From the IMG/VR virus record IMGVR_UViG_2935109043_000001, positions 1 through 64,000 of that record: DNA of 64,000 nt; one strand, 5' to 3'. Below the pieces are notes generated by a model. The model was given only the letters and a program-made list of their open reading frames with translations. It did not search any database and was not told the DNA's origin. How positions within the stretch are numbered: position 1 is the first letter of the stretch; every line of letters begins with the position of its first letter. The position numbers and the translations under genes are program-made. Source of the stretch: a virus (Duplodnaviria; Caudoviricetes). This document shows, piece by piece, positions 1 to 9,286 of the stretch.

Positions 1-2
1 GC

Positions 3-128
3 CGCCCCGGCGACCCGGCCCGCGTCGTCGCCTCCACCGCGCGCGCCGCCGAGGCCCTGGACTGGCGGGCCCGGCTGACACCGCGGGACATGGTGACCTC
101 CGCGTGGGAGGGCTGGCCCGGGCGGTAG
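3..128 (+). CDS. galE: UDP-glucose 4-epimerase, 3' end (partial; probable host gene flanking the element)
   Basis: Frame 3 reads RPGDPARVVASTARAAEALDWRARLTPRDMVTSAWEGWPGR*, typical of a GalE C-terminus. Confidence 0.75.
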   Translation, partial: RPGDPARVVASTARAAEALDWRARLTPRDMVTSAWEGWPGR

Positions 129-203
129 GCCCCAGATTCGTGGGCGGCCTGGTACATCCCTAGCTGATGGGGCGCCAGGCCGCCATGGACTCGACACCTG
201 ACC

Positions 204-467
204 TCAGGCGTGAGCGATCTCCTGCAACAGCGCGTCGAGGAACTCAGGGTCGATGTCCTCGCGCAGACCAATCCGCGCGCATGTCGTGCCGGCGGCGTCC
301 AGCAGATCGCGGATGGTGTCGTATCCGGGGTGGAGGCGTTGGAGCTGTTGCACGTGCGGGGTGGCTTCCTCGGCGCGGTCGATGAGTGCGCTGATCTCGC
401 GAGCGTTGAGGTGGGTGTTGCCGGTGGCGGCGAGGGCTCGGTCCACAGCCCGGTCGTAAGCGTTCAT
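204..467 (-). CDS. hypothetical protein
   Basis: 87-aa ORF with plausible codon usage. Confidence 0.5.
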   Translation of the reverse strand: MNAYDRAVDRALAATGNTHLNAREISALIDRAEEATPHVQQLQRLHPGYDTIRDLLDAAGTTCARIGLREDIDPEFLDALLQEIAHA

Positions 468-657
468 GACCGTTTACGGTAGCTGGGCGTCGTCCGGTCC
501 GGGGCAGAAACCGCAGGTTCCTTGCTTCGCTGTCGGCGGTTCCCTAAAGCCTACCGCTGAGCGGGACCGTAACGTGCCCAAGGGGCCTTAGGAGCGAATG
601 CTCTGAAGTTGCTCAAGCGGCGACCGTTCGACCCATACCCGTACCGACGATGGACCC

Positions 658-1296
658 ATGAACCTTGGATGGGGACCAATCATCGGAGGGGTGCTCGGCG
701 CGCTGTTAGCAGGCGCGTTCACCCTGCTCGGGCAGCGGTTTGCAAGGCACCGCCAACTAGAGGACCACAAGCACGCTCGGCAGCTTCACAAGGAAAGCCT
801 GCTGCACAGTGCGGTAGTCCCGCACGAGGACCGGCTGTTCACGCTACGCAAGGAGGCGGGGGAGAGGTTCATCAAGGCGGCGATGGGCGTCATGCCGATC
901 TCCGAGTACGCCTTGGCTCTCGCCGGCATGTACGAGCGGTGGGACGACGACGATGTGAAGCCGGGTGTGGCGACGACGCACACCTCTCGCGCTGACTGGG
1001 CGCCCCCGGTGGACTTGCGGGCGGCGATCCCCAAGGCGGATCGCCTGACGGACCTGGTCGCCGCCGGGGCGCTGTTGACCCCGGCGCAGCTTCAGAACCT
1101 TACGGAGACAGCGAGGCAGATCATCCTTGCGGCCTACGACGTCACGGACACCCGCCCGTACATCGACGAGGGTGCAGACCCGACGACCTTTGTTGTCGGG
1201 CGGATTCAGGAGTACATCAAGCTGGTGGACGGTTTCGCTGAGCAGTTGGCTGAGCAACTCGACGCACGCGATCGAGTGAAGGTGGCCAAGGGCTAG
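658..1296 (+). CDS. membrane-anchored hypothetical protein (moron-like)
   Basis: N-terminal TM helix GPIIGGVLGALLAGAFTLLG; TTA codon at 706-708. Confidence 0.7.
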   Translation: MNLGWGPIIGGVLGALLAGAFTLLGQRFARHRQLEDHKHARQLHKESLLHSAVVPHEDRLFTLRKEAGERFIKAAMGVMPISEYALALAGMYERWDDDDVKPGVATTHTSRADWAPPVDLRAAIPKADRLTDLVAAGALLTPAQLQNLTETARQIILAAYDVTDTRPYIDEGADPTTFVVGRIQEYIKLVDGFAEQLAEQLDARDRVKVAKG

Positions 1297-1304
1297 GGTG
1301 ACGC

Positions 1305-1343
1305 GAGGGTGCCCCCGGCCACTTTCCCTGGCCGGGGGCACCC
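1305..1343. terminator. GC-rich hairpin terminator; identical inverted copy at 31205-31243
   Basis: GGGTGCCCCCGGCCA-ctttccc-TGGCCGGGGGCACCC between convergent genes. Confidence 0.8.
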
Positions 1344-1358
1344 GTTCTACGTCTCCAC

Positions 1359-1700
1359 TCACCTGCTCGCGGGGGCGTGTTCAGCGGCCCTCTGGTGCTC
1401 GACCTCCACGCAAGAATCCCATTCCTCGCTGCCGTAGTAGTAGGAGTAGCTGGACCAGGCGCGGAACCGTGCTCGATAGGTTCCCGGCGTTACGGGGCCG
1501 CCGTTTGGGGCCTCGAAGTTCTCGAACCCGCAGTTGCCGATCTCGTCGGCCATGGAGCATCCGTAAGGCGCTCCATGGAAGCCGTCGGGGTCGGCCGGGA
1601 TGCGGGCACAGCCAGCGGGATGCTTCACCTCCACCACGTCGTCTGTGTCGGCGGGGTCGTTGACGGTCAGCGTGTGCCACTCGCCGATGTGCTCGGCCAT
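1359..1700 (-). CDS. hypothetical protein
   Basis: MAEHIGEWHTLTV...; RBS GAGGA upstream. Confidence 0.65.
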   Translation of the reverse strand: MAEHIGEWHTLTVNDPADTDDVVEVKHPAGCARIPADPDGFHGAPYGCSMADEIGNCGFENFEAPNGGPVTPGTYRARFRAWSSYSYYYGSEEWDSCVEVEHQRAAEHAPASR

Positions 1701-1711
1701 GGTCGGTGTCC

Positions 1712-1918
1712 TCACTTCTCGTCGTTCTTGCTGGTGTTTCGCTTCGGGTGCTTCGCCCGCCACGCGTCGATCCCTTCCTTGGGCCACATCGGCGTCCGTC
1801 CGACCTTCGTGGCCTTCGGAAAGTCCGGAGACCGTTGGGCCAGGTTGTAGAGGCTCTGCCGGTTGATGCCGAGTCGTTCTGCTGCCTCGTCGGAGGTCAG
1901 GTAGTCGGTGAGGTCCAT
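1712..1918 (-). CDS. AlpA/excisionase-like HTH DNA-binding protein
   Basis: YLTSDEAAERLGINRQSLYNL...DFPKATKVGRTPMW. Confidence 0.8.
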   Translation of the reverse strand: MDLTDYLTSDEAAERLGINRQSLYNLAQRSPDFPKATKVGRTPMWPKEGIDAWRAKHPKRNTSKNDEK

Positions 1919-1939
1919 GGGTTCAGCGTAGGCGGGACG

Positions 1940-1982
1940 GAGTAGCTTGACTACTGCTAAGCTTAGAGTAGCTCAACTACTC
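1940..1982. promoter_or_regulatory. tandem palindromic operators GAGTAG-N5-CTACT(C) in a divergent promoter region
   Basis: gagtagcttgactactg (1940-1956) and gagtagctcaactactc (1966-1982). Confidence 0.6.
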
Positions 1983-2001
1983 ACCTAGGGATAGGGGAAC
2001 G

Positions 2002-2412
2002 ATGCAAGAAGCACTGACGCCCGACCTGAATCCGCAGTGCGGCAACCCGGAGTGCTCCAACACGATCAACGACCCCAAGCGCCGCAAGTTCTGCTGCCGC
2101 ACCTGCACGAACCGGGCCAACTACCTGCGACGCGGCGGCAAGGAGTACATCTACGCCGTCTTCCTGGACAAGCGATACGGCCTGACCATGGAGGCGTATC
2201 AGGCGCTCGTAGCGGACCACGCCGGAAGGTGCGCCATATGTAACGACGCCCCAGAGCAACGCCTCCACATCGATCACGACCACAAGAGCGGCGTTGTGCG
2301 TGGCCTGTTGTGTCGTGGCTGCAACCACGCGTTGGGAAACGCGCTGGACGATCCGGCGCGCCTGCGGGCCATGGCTGACTACCTAGAGCGCCACCAGCAG
2401 TCAGCGGCCTAG
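2002..2412 (+). CDS. recombination endonuclease VII domain protein
   Basis: YGLT...CAIC...LHIDHDH..G.VRGLLC..CN.ALG motif. Confidence 0.9.
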   Translation: MQEALTPDLNPQCGNPECSNTINDPKRRKFCCRTCTNRANYLRRGGKEYIYAVFLDKRYGLTMEAYQALVADHAGRCAICNDAPEQRLHIDHDHKSGVVRGLLCRGCNHALGNALDDPARLRAMADYLERHQQSAA

Positions 2413-2431
2413 AGTCACCTGAGCGAACACA

Positions 2432-2472
2432 AGTGAGGGGTGCACCCATCCGAACTGGGTGCACCCCTCACT
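2432..2472 (+). terminator. hairpin terminator
   Basis: 17-bp perfect inverted repeat AGTGAGGGGTGCACCCA / TGGGTGCACCCCTCACT. Confidence 0.75.
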
Positions 2473-2653
2473 GTGATCCTAGGGCACAGAAGCGAAGCCC
2501 TCCGAAAGGCGGCGGTTCCTTAGGATCGATCCTGACGAAGAATCGCACTGTTCGAGCGTTGCCCCTGTCGCGCGGCCGCGTCGGGGGCAACAGCGTTTCT
2601 GATTCTCGATAAGCTCACATATGGCTAGTGATCATCGAGCAGAGGAGCAGTCC

Positions 2654-3205
2654 ATGGACGACCTCAACGCCCGCGCCGCCGCAGTCTTCGGAGGGGCCAA
2701 GCACTTCCCCAGGTGGCCCTACGACGTGACCGGCATCGACTACCTCCTGCGCGAGAAGGACCCCGAGCGCTTCCGCCGCGACCTCGCCGTCCTGACTACC
2801 AAGCGGTACGCCATCGTGGAATGGGCCGAGCTCTACAGCCTGAAGAAGAGCAGCGTGAAGTGCTGCCCCCTGTGGCTCACCCACAGAACCAGCCGGCGAT
2901 GCGCATGGGACAGCGACTGCCAAAGCGGCGGCCACCCTGACAGGTCATGGCTCGACCATGCCATCTGCTGGCTGCGCAACGGCCGACCCGCCGTCATCAC
3001 CTCCGCTCCTTACGAGGTGAGCGACAAAGACCAGCAGCGTCACCTCTGGTGGCGTAAGGCGCACCCCACTCTGCGCGTCCAACAGGGGGCAGGCTGGTAC
3101 GGCCACGGAACCACTCAGATCGTCATGTGGAACACAACGCGCATCGAGCACGTCGCCCCGGCCAGCAACATCGATGACCCCCGCACGTTCATGCACCAGT
3201 CATGA
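2654..3205 (+). CDS. hypothetical protein
   Basis: RBS GAGGAG, MDDLNAR...; stop overlaps the recombinase start. Confidence 0.65.
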   Translation: MDDLNARAAAVFGGAKHFPRWPYDVTGIDYLLREKDPERFRRDLAVLTTKRYAIVEWAELYSLKKSSVKCCPLWLTHRTSRRCAWDSDCQSGGHPDRSWLDHAICWLRNGRPAVITSAPYEVSDKDQQRHLWWRKAHPTLRVQQGAGWYGHGTTQIVMWNTTRIEHVAPASNIDDPRTFMHQS

Positions 3206-4224
3206 CCGACCACCTGCCCGCCCAAGCGAGCCCTCTGCTCCCCGCTGAGTACAACGACGAGCTCCGCGCCCGCATTGCCGCGCTCGACACCGCGTCCGAC
3301 ACCCACGCCGCCGACCAGCGCCCCGACAACACCACCCGCGCCTACGCTGCCGACTGGAAGACCTGGACCGCCTTCTGCACCCAGTTCGGCATCCCCGTCA
3401 CCGCCGCCACCCGAGGCACCCTCCGCGCCTTCGTCGACTACCTCTGGAACCACGAACACCGCGCCTACACCACCATCGACCGCAAACTCGCCGGGATCAC
3501 CGTCACCCTCCGCCGCCCGCCCTACAACCTCGTCCTCAACCCCGACGACACCACCGCCGCCCGCGAACTCCTCAAGGACTACCGCCGAGCCGCAGAACAA
3601 GCCGGAGAACCACCCCGAGGACGAGGCAAAGCACCCGCCATGCGCCTCATCACCCTCCGGGAAATCGTCGCCACATGCGACACCGACATCTTCGGGCTCC
3701 GCGACCGCGCCATGCTCCTCGTCGGCTTCGCCATCGCCGCCCGCCGCGCCGAACTCGCCGGACTCCGCCTCCGCAACATCTGCGACGACGACAACGGACT
3801 CCTCATCCACGTCCGCGTCTCCAAAACCGACCCCCGCACCGTCCCCGTCCCCTACGGCTCCCACCCCGACACCTGCCCCGTCCGAGCCTGGAAAGCCTGG
3901 GCCGAAGCGGCGGACATCACCGACCCTGACAGGCACGCCTTCCGCCGCATCCACCACACCGGAGCTGTCCAGCCGCACGGCTTGTCTCCGCAGCGCGCCG
4001 GCGACATCATCACCGCGGCCGGCCTGCGTGCTGGCTGCGAGGAGCTGTTCACCGGGCATTCTGTCCGCTCCGGTCTCGCTACCGAGGCCCGGCGGCAGGG
4101 CAAGGACCGCAAGGCCATCGCGGCGATCACCGGGCACAAGGAGAACTCGAAGATCCTCGACGGCTACATGCAGGTCGTGGACCGGTGGAGCGAGGAGGAC
4201 AACGCCCTGGTCGGCCTCATGTGA
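3202..4224 (+). CDS. tyrosine recombinase (Cre-like resolvase/integrase)
   Basis: RDRAMLLVGF..ARRAEL, SKTD, GHSVRSG, ITGH, GYM catalytic motifs. Confidence 0.9.
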   Translation: MTDHLPAQASPLLPAEYNDELRARIAALDTASDTHAADQRPDNTTRAYAADWKTWTAFCTQFGIPVTAATRGTLRAFVDYLWNHEHRAYTTIDRKLAGITVTLRRPPYNLVLNPDDTTAARELLKDYRRAAEQAGEPPRGRGKAPAMRLITLREIVATCDTDIFGLRDRAMLLVGFAIAARRAELAGLRLRNICDDDNGLLIHVRVSKTDPRTVPVPYGSHPDTCPVRAWKAWAEAADITDPDRHAFRRIHHTGAVQPHGLSPQRAGDIITAAGLRAGCEELFTGHSVRSGLATEARRQGKDRKAIAAITGHKENSKILDGYMQVVDRWSEEDNALVGLM

Positions 4225-4242
4225 AGCACGTTAAGGGACACT

Positions 4243-5301
4243 GTGGTGGTCGGTAAGGGAGGCGTTGTGGTGTACGAGGTGCGGTCGGTGCGGAATCTCG
4301 CGGCGCTGGTGGAGAAGGTCGCGCCCCGGGACCGGGATGAGTGGGAGACGCGGCAGCCGGTGCTGCTGCGGCGGGGTTCGCCGCGGCGGGACGTGTGGGA
4401 GCAGGTGTCCCGGTCTCGTGCCAACCAGCTGTGGATGGTGGTCGGCATGTTCGACCGTGCCGTTCAGCATCCGTCGATGCCGGAGCGCACCCGTACCCGC
4501 GGCATGGATCAGTTGTTCACGTGGGCTGCCCTGAACGCGTTCTGGGAGCTGGCCGTGCCGGGCGAGTTGCGGGCGCGGGCGGAGGATCGGGGGAAGCGGC
4601 TGCCGGTGGCGTCGCAGCGGATGGTGCGGGACTGCCTGGCGATCCTCGCCCGCCTGGTCGTGCCGGAGCGCCGGGTACGGCTGCCGAAGTTGCCGCAGGC
4701 GCCGGCGCGGGCGGTGACACGGCCGGATCAGGAACAGGAGTTGCTGCACCATCTGCTGCGGCTGGCGGCGGATGGGCCGGCGGGTGGGTTCGTGTGGCAG
4801 CAGCGGCAGGCGGATGCCCGTGTGCGTGCGTTGGCGGTGGCTGGGGTGGCGGTGGATACGCGGTCGCGGGTGTCGGAGCTGGCGGCGATCCGTATGTCGG
4901 ATCTGGGGGAGGGGCTTAGGTGGGTGCGGGTGCGGCGGCGTCCGCAGAACAGTGCGCATCTGCCGGTGGTCGAAGAGGAGCTGCCGTTGTCGAGGGCGAC
5001 GCGGGAGGCGTTGGGTCGGTGGTTGGAGGTGCGGGAGCGGTTGGTGGCTGGGTTGGAGGGTGGCCGGGTGGAGGCGTTGTGGGTGCGGGTGTCGCCGTAT
5101 CCGTTGCGGGCGGGGGAGCCGGAGGGTCTGCCGTTGTCGGATCAGCGGTTGCGGAAGGCGTATACGCGGGGTGTGCGGTCGTTGAATTCGGTGATGGCGG
5201 GTGTGGTGGGGTGGGAGCCGTTGCCGGTGTCGTTGGAGTCGTTGCGGCGGGCGGTGGTGCCGCAGGAGGGGGTGGTGTTGGAGTTGGTGGGTGACGTGTG
5301 A
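4243..5301 (+). CDS. degenerate tyrosine-recombinase-like protein
   Basis: Box-I-like DTRSRVSELAAIRMSDL; ends at SLESLRRA with no HxxR/GH/Y. Confidence 0.55.
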   Translation: MVVGKGGVVVYEVRSVRNLAALVEKVAPRDRDEWETRQPVLLRRGSPRRDVWEQVSRSRANQLWMVVGMFDRAVQHPSMPERTRTRGMDQLFTWAALNAFWELAVPGELRARAEDRGKRLPVASQRMVRDCLAILARLVVPERRVRLPKLPQAPARAVTRPDQEQELLHHLLRLAADGPAGGFVWQQRQADARVRALAVAGVAVDTRSRVSELAAIRMSDLGEGLRWVRVRRRPQNSAHLPVVEEELPLSRATREALGRWLEVRERLVAGLEGGRVEALWVRVSPYPLRAGEPEGLPLSDQRLRKAYTRGVRSLNSVMAGVVGWEPLPVSLESLRRAVVPQEGVVLELVGDV

Positions 5302-5397
5302 CCGGTTTGCGGGGTAGGCTTCGCCTTGCGTAATAGGTATGTGAATGGCCACCACCCGAGGTTCGGGGCGGTGGCCATTGTCGTGTGCAGGCTGAGG

Positions 5398-5679
5398 TCA
5401 GTCTTTCGCTTCCGCTGTGGCCGCGAGGCAGGCGGCCACAATAACGACTGTCGGGGTGTCGGAGGGGAACTCGATGTTTGCTCCGTTGGGGCAGGTGAGT
5501 CCGGAGTCGTTGGACTCGTTCGTCACGGCCCAGACGGCTCCGGAGGGGTGACGCAGAATGCTGAGCGGCATCTCATCATCACCAACCCATCCGGCGGCCT
5601 CTAGCGTTTCGAGGACGTCGAGTCGTCCGTTCCAGTCGCCCGGTTCGGGGGTTTCGATGATGAGGCGCAGGTGAGGCAT
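5398..5679 (-). CDS. hypothetical protein
   Basis: 93-aa ORF with RBS AAGGAG. Confidence 0.65.
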   Translation of the reverse strand: MPHLRLIIETPEPGDWNGRLDVLETLEAAGWVGDDEMPLSILRHPSGAVWAVTNESNDSGLTCPNGANIEFPSDTPTVVIVAACLAATAEAKD

Positions 5680-5688
5680 AGGGTCTCC

Positions 5689-6048
5689 TTAGGCGGCGAG
5701 GCGGTAGGCGGCCTGCTCGAACAGGCGGGCGTCGGCCGCGTTGCGGGGGCGGTAGCTGGTGAGGCGGGCGGTGAACGTGGCCTGGTCGTACAGCTTGACG
5801 GGCACGGTCTTGGTGCGGCGTCCCCGGAGCTTAATGGTCGTCTCGCCGAGGGTGGTGGGGGTGACGGTGCGGGAGAAGGCGCCGGAGTAGCGGCGGGCGA
5901 GGGTGGGGTGGATGCCTGCGGCGATGAGGTGGGTGCTGGCGGGCTGGGAGAGTCCGGTGGCGGTGTTGCGGGTGGCTCGGGTGGTGGTGCGGTTGGTGCG
6001 CTCGCGCTGGCGGAGGGTGTGGCGTGCGGTGCGGGTGCGGGCGTTCAT
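5689..6048 (-). CDS. basic hypothetical protein
   Basis: MNARTRTARHTL...; RBS GAAGGGG. Confidence 0.65.
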   Translation of the reverse strand: MNARTRTARHTLRQRERTNRTTTRATRNTATGLSQPASTHLIAAGIHPTLARRYSGAFSRTVTPTTLGETTIKLRGRRTKTVPVKLYDQATFTARLTSYRPRNAADARLFEQAAYRLAA

Positions 6049-6086
6049 CGGGTTCCCCCTTCGTGGTGCGGTGGACTCACCATAGC

Positions 6087-6117
6087 CATACTCCATTGCG
6101 TTGCGCAATGGAGTATG
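6087..6117. promoter_or_regulatory. 31-bp palindrome, copy 1 (operator/promoter)
   Basis: CATACTCCATTGCG-TTG-CGCAATGGAGTATG between divergent operons. Confidence 0.85.
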
Positions 6118-6177
6118 CGAGACTGGTTCAAGCAAGCCACCCGACCACCAGCCCCACCGCCCATGGAGGAAACTGGC

Positions 6178-6717
6178 GTGACCAACACCCCCACGCGCCG
6201 CCCCACCACGCCCACCAGCCAGCGGCGCCCCTCGAAGGGACACCGCCCCATGGCCCGCTACAGCTACGACAAGCGCATCGCCTCCCACGTCGTCGCCGCC
6301 GCCGACAAGCTCCGCGCCGACGACCCCGTCCTCGCCGAGTCCCTCGACAAGATCTCCGCCCCAGGCGGCTGGCAGCTCCTCCGCCCGCCGACAACGGCCG
6401 GAGGCCGCCCCAACCTGGCCATCTGGACCCCCGTCAGCGTCCGCACACAGCTCATGGACGCTTCCCCCGACCTCGCCGCGGATGTCGACGAGGGCTTCGC
6501 CGCATACCTCGCCGGCCGGTTCACGCCCGACAAGCCCCCGCGCGGCCGTGCCAGCCAGGGCGCGACCGAGGACCGCAAGAACCTCAACGTGCGGCCCGAC
6601 CCGGAACTCGTCCAGCAGATCAACGACAGTGCCGACGCCCGCGCTGAGGAACTGGGCTGGAAGCCCACCCCGGGCGTGATCGCCCTCGCCTGGCTCCGCC
6701 ACAAGTACGGGCTCTGA
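6178..6717 (+). CDS. hypothetical protein, possible tandem ribbon-helix-helix DNA-binding protein
   Basis: Two strand-helix motifs (PNLAIWTPVSVRTQL; KNLNVRPDPELVQQI); start may be 6250. Confidence 0.6.
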   Translation: MTNTPTRRPTTPTSQRRPSKGHRPMARYSYDKRIASHVVAAADKLRADDPVLAESLDKISAPGGWQLLRPPTTAGGRPNLAIWTPVSVRTQLMDASPDLAADVDEGFAAYLAGRFTPDKPPRGRASQGATEDRKNLNVRPDPELVQQINDSADARAEELGWKPTPGVIALAWLRHKYGL

Positions 6718-6803
6718 CCCGCCGAGGGGCTGGCCGGGCCCGGACGCCGACACCGGCCGGCCAGCCCCTTTCACCATCACGCACAACCTCATAGGGAGAC
6801 CTC

Positions 6804-7625
6804 ATGGCCACGGCCAGCGAGGCCCCCGCCACCATGGCGGAGGGCCCCACCACGCACACCCCGAACCAGAACACGTACGGCTACACCCGTGAGCAGCAGA
6901 TCGAGGCCCTGCACAAGCTGCGGGCCCCCTTCGACCCGAAGGAGATCCGCTTCCTGCCCCGCATCTGGTGCAAGGCATGCAAGGACTCTCGCGGTCGAGG
7001 TTGCGACCGGCACACCTTCACCTCGTGCACCAAGTGCAAGCAGAGGATGCCGCAGGGCGGCCACATCGACCTCCAGTTCGTCGGGCACGCAGAGGCCACC
7101 AACCGGCTGTTGAACGTCGACCCGTTCTGGGACTGGGAGCCGCTCACCGTCGACGAGCGGGGCCTGCCGCAGGTCGACGGCTACCGGGGGTTGTGGATTC
7201 GCCTCACGGTGTGCGGCATGACCCGCCTCGGCTACGGCCACGCCGGCGACAAGACCGGCGGCGACGCCGTGAAGGAAGTCATCGGCGACGCCATCCGCAA
7301 CGCCGGTATGCGCTTCGGGATGGCGCTGGACCTGTGGACCTCCTCCGATCTGATCATCTTGGAGTCGGGAGAGGCACCGGAGACCGGCACCGCGCAGCCG
7401 CAGAAGCCCGCTGCCGCTGACGGGCCGTTCGAGAGGCTGAAGGCGCAGGTCCGCAAGGGCTGGGACAACCAGGTGGCCCTCATCGACATCCGCAGGGACG
7501 CCAAGAAGCAGGGCTTCAACGACCAGCCCGTCCCAGGCCCCGACGGTACGCAGATCACCTTCGACCAGCTCCTCGCCGACCGCATCGAGCAGCTCGCCCA
7601 GCAGCCGAAGGCGGACGCCGCATGA
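6804..7625 (+). CDS. Rad52/Sak-family single-strand annealing protein
   Basis: FVGHAEATNRLLNVDPFWDW, LWIRLTVCG.TRLGYG, KEVIGDAIRNAGMRFG. Confidence 0.8.
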   Translation: MATASEAPATMAEGPTTHTPNQNTYGYTREQQIEALHKLRAPFDPKEIRFLPRIWCKACKDSRGRGCDRHTFTSCTKCKQRMPQGGHIDLQFVGHAEATNRLLNVDPFWDWEPLTVDERGLPQVDGYRGLWIRLTVCGMTRLGYGHAGDKTGGDAVKEVIGDAIRNAGMRFGMALDLWTSSDLIILESGEAPETGTAQPQKPAAADGPFERLKAQVRKGWDNQVALIDIRRDAKKQGFNDQPVPGPDGTQITFDQLLADRIEQLAQQPKADAA

Positions 7626-8728
7626 CTGCCAACCTGATCGTCGAAGGGTTCCACGGGCCCGGCGGCTGGGCCGAAGGCCGGCGCATCCTCTGCCTCACCA
7701 CCCAAGCCATCGGCATGGAATGGGACGCCGCCGCCTGCGCCACCGCCACCGCCGCCGGACACACCGTCATCCGCACCGACGTCGCCGCCTACCCCACCGC
7801 CCCGTTCAAGGGCCGCATCGTCGGCAAGGTCGACTCGCCTCCGTGCCAGGCATGGTCGCGGGCCGGTAAGGGCCTCGGCCTGGTCGACCAGCCGCTCGTC
7901 CACCAGGCCGTCGAAGACCTCTCCCGAGGCCGCGACACCCGCGCCCAGCTCCTCACCGCCTGCAAGGACGAGCGGTCCCTGCTCGCGGCGGAGCCGATGC
8001 GCTGGCACCACGACCTGCGGCCCGAGTGGATCTGCATGGAAGAGGTCCCTGGCGTGTTGCCACTGTTCCAGCAGTACGCGCAGATCCTCCGCGGCTGGGG
8101 CTATTCGGTGTGGGTCGGCATCCTGAACGCCGCCGACTATGGCGTTCCCCAGACCCGCCGTCGCGCCATCCTCATAGCGTCCCGCCTTCGCAACGTCACC
8201 GCACCGGACCGCACCCACGCCGAGTATCCAGCCGACGACCTCTTCGGAGACCGCCTCCTACCCTGGGTGTCCATGGCTGAGGCCCTCGATCTGCCCGAAG
8301 GCATCGTCATCAACACCCGCGGGGAACGGCGTACTGCTGGCGGAAACAACTTCACTGCTGACGGTCCGTCCTGGGCGCTGACCGAGAAGGCCCGGTCTTG
8401 GTGGGTTCTTCGCCAAGGAGCCCGATCAAACGCCACCACCCGTCGCCTGGACCAGCCCGCCGCCACCATCGTGGCCGGACACTCGCGTCGCGACTACCAG
8501 TGGCAGACCGTTGGCGATGGCCCCCAGCAGCGACGGCCTCTCGCCTTGGCGGAAGCCGCGGTCCTTCAGGCGTTCCGCTCCGATTTCCCGTTCCAGGGCA
8601 GCGAGTCCAAGGCCTTCCAACAGATCGCAAACGCCGTCCCGCCCATGCTCGCTGCTCACGTTCTCAGTGCGGCAACTGGGCTGCCGATGCCCGCCGCGCA
8701 GCCCGCCACCTTTGCCTGCGCCGCCTGA
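7622..8728 (+). CDS. DNA cytosine-5 methyltransferase
   Basis: F.GPGG, SPPCQ, MEEV, LNAADYGVPQTRRR, QIANAVPP motifs. Confidence 0.92.
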   Translation: MTANLIVEGFHGPGGWAEGRRILCLTTQAIGMEWDAAACATATAAGHTVIRTDVAAYPTAPFKGRIVGKVDSPPCQAWSRAGKGLGLVDQPLVHQAVEDLSRGRDTRAQLLTACKDERSLLAAEPMRWHHDLRPEWICMEEVPGVLPLFQQYAQILRGWGYSVWVGILNAADYGVPQTRRRAILIASRLRNVTAPDRTHAEYPADDLFGDRLLPWVSMAEALDLPEGIVINTRGERRTAGGNNFTADGPSWALTEKARSWWVLRQGARSNATTRRLDQPAATIVAGHSRRDYQWQTVGDGPQQRRPLALAEAAVLQAFRSDFPFQGSESKAFQQIANAVPPMLAAHVLSAATGLPMPAAQPATFACAA

Positions 8729-8786
8729 CCTCTCGCCGAGGCTGGCAGGCCACCATCCACCACTTCTGGCTACCAGGAGGTTTGCC

Positions 8787-9068
8787 ATGTCTCCAGTCCT
8801 GCACGCCTCACTGATCGTCCTCGTTGTCGCCGGGTCGGGTGTGGGGGCGGCTGTCCACTCGTGGTGGATGCGCCGCCGCCCGCACCGGGCCGGCGTCTAC
8901 CCGGGCAGTACCGAGCACCAGGCGGCCCTGGACGAGGCCGCGCTGCGGGCCGCGCTCCAGCAGGCCGCGGTCCTCGGCGCCGCCGAAGCCGTCATCGACA
9001 CAGCGTGGGCACGGCTCGCCCCCTACTACGAGCAGAAGGAGGCCGAGCCATGGCCGCCCGCCGTCTGA
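8787..9068 (+). CDS. small membrane hypothetical protein
   Basis: RBS AGGAGG, N-terminal hydrophobic helix. Confidence 0.55.
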   Translation: MSPVLHASLIVLVVAGSGVGAAVHSWWMRRRPHRAGVYPGSTEHQAALDEAALRAALQQAAVLGAAEAVIDTAWARLAPYYEQKEAEPWPPAV

Positions 9069-9286
9069 GCAGCGCACTCGCCGCCTCCGCCCTCCTCGGG
9101 GCGGGGGCGGCCCTGTATCTGCACACCCAACGTCTCCGCCGCGCCCTCACCGCGGAGCGTGCCGCGCGTCGCCTCGAAAGCACCGCCCACACCCGCGACT
9201 ACACGGCCGTCATGCAGCGGCTCACCGCCGCGATCACCGACCAGCAGCCCGCCGGGCCGCCGACAGCGAAGGGACCCCGCCCATGA
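9050..9286 (+). CDS. small hypothetical protein
   Basis: RBS AAGGAGG; coupled to neighbours. Confidence 0.55.
   Translation: MAARRLSSALAASALLGAGAALYLHTQRLRRALTAERAARRLESTAHTRDYTAVMQRLTAAITDQQPAGPPTAKGPRP

Noticed and set aside
5322-5350. Second dif-like site after the recombinase pair
   Set aside because: AT-rich, but the arm spacing does not fit an 11-6-11 layout.
7622-8728. Restriction-modification system
   Set aside because: No adjacent restriction endonuclease; an orphan phage methyltransferase is the simpler reading.
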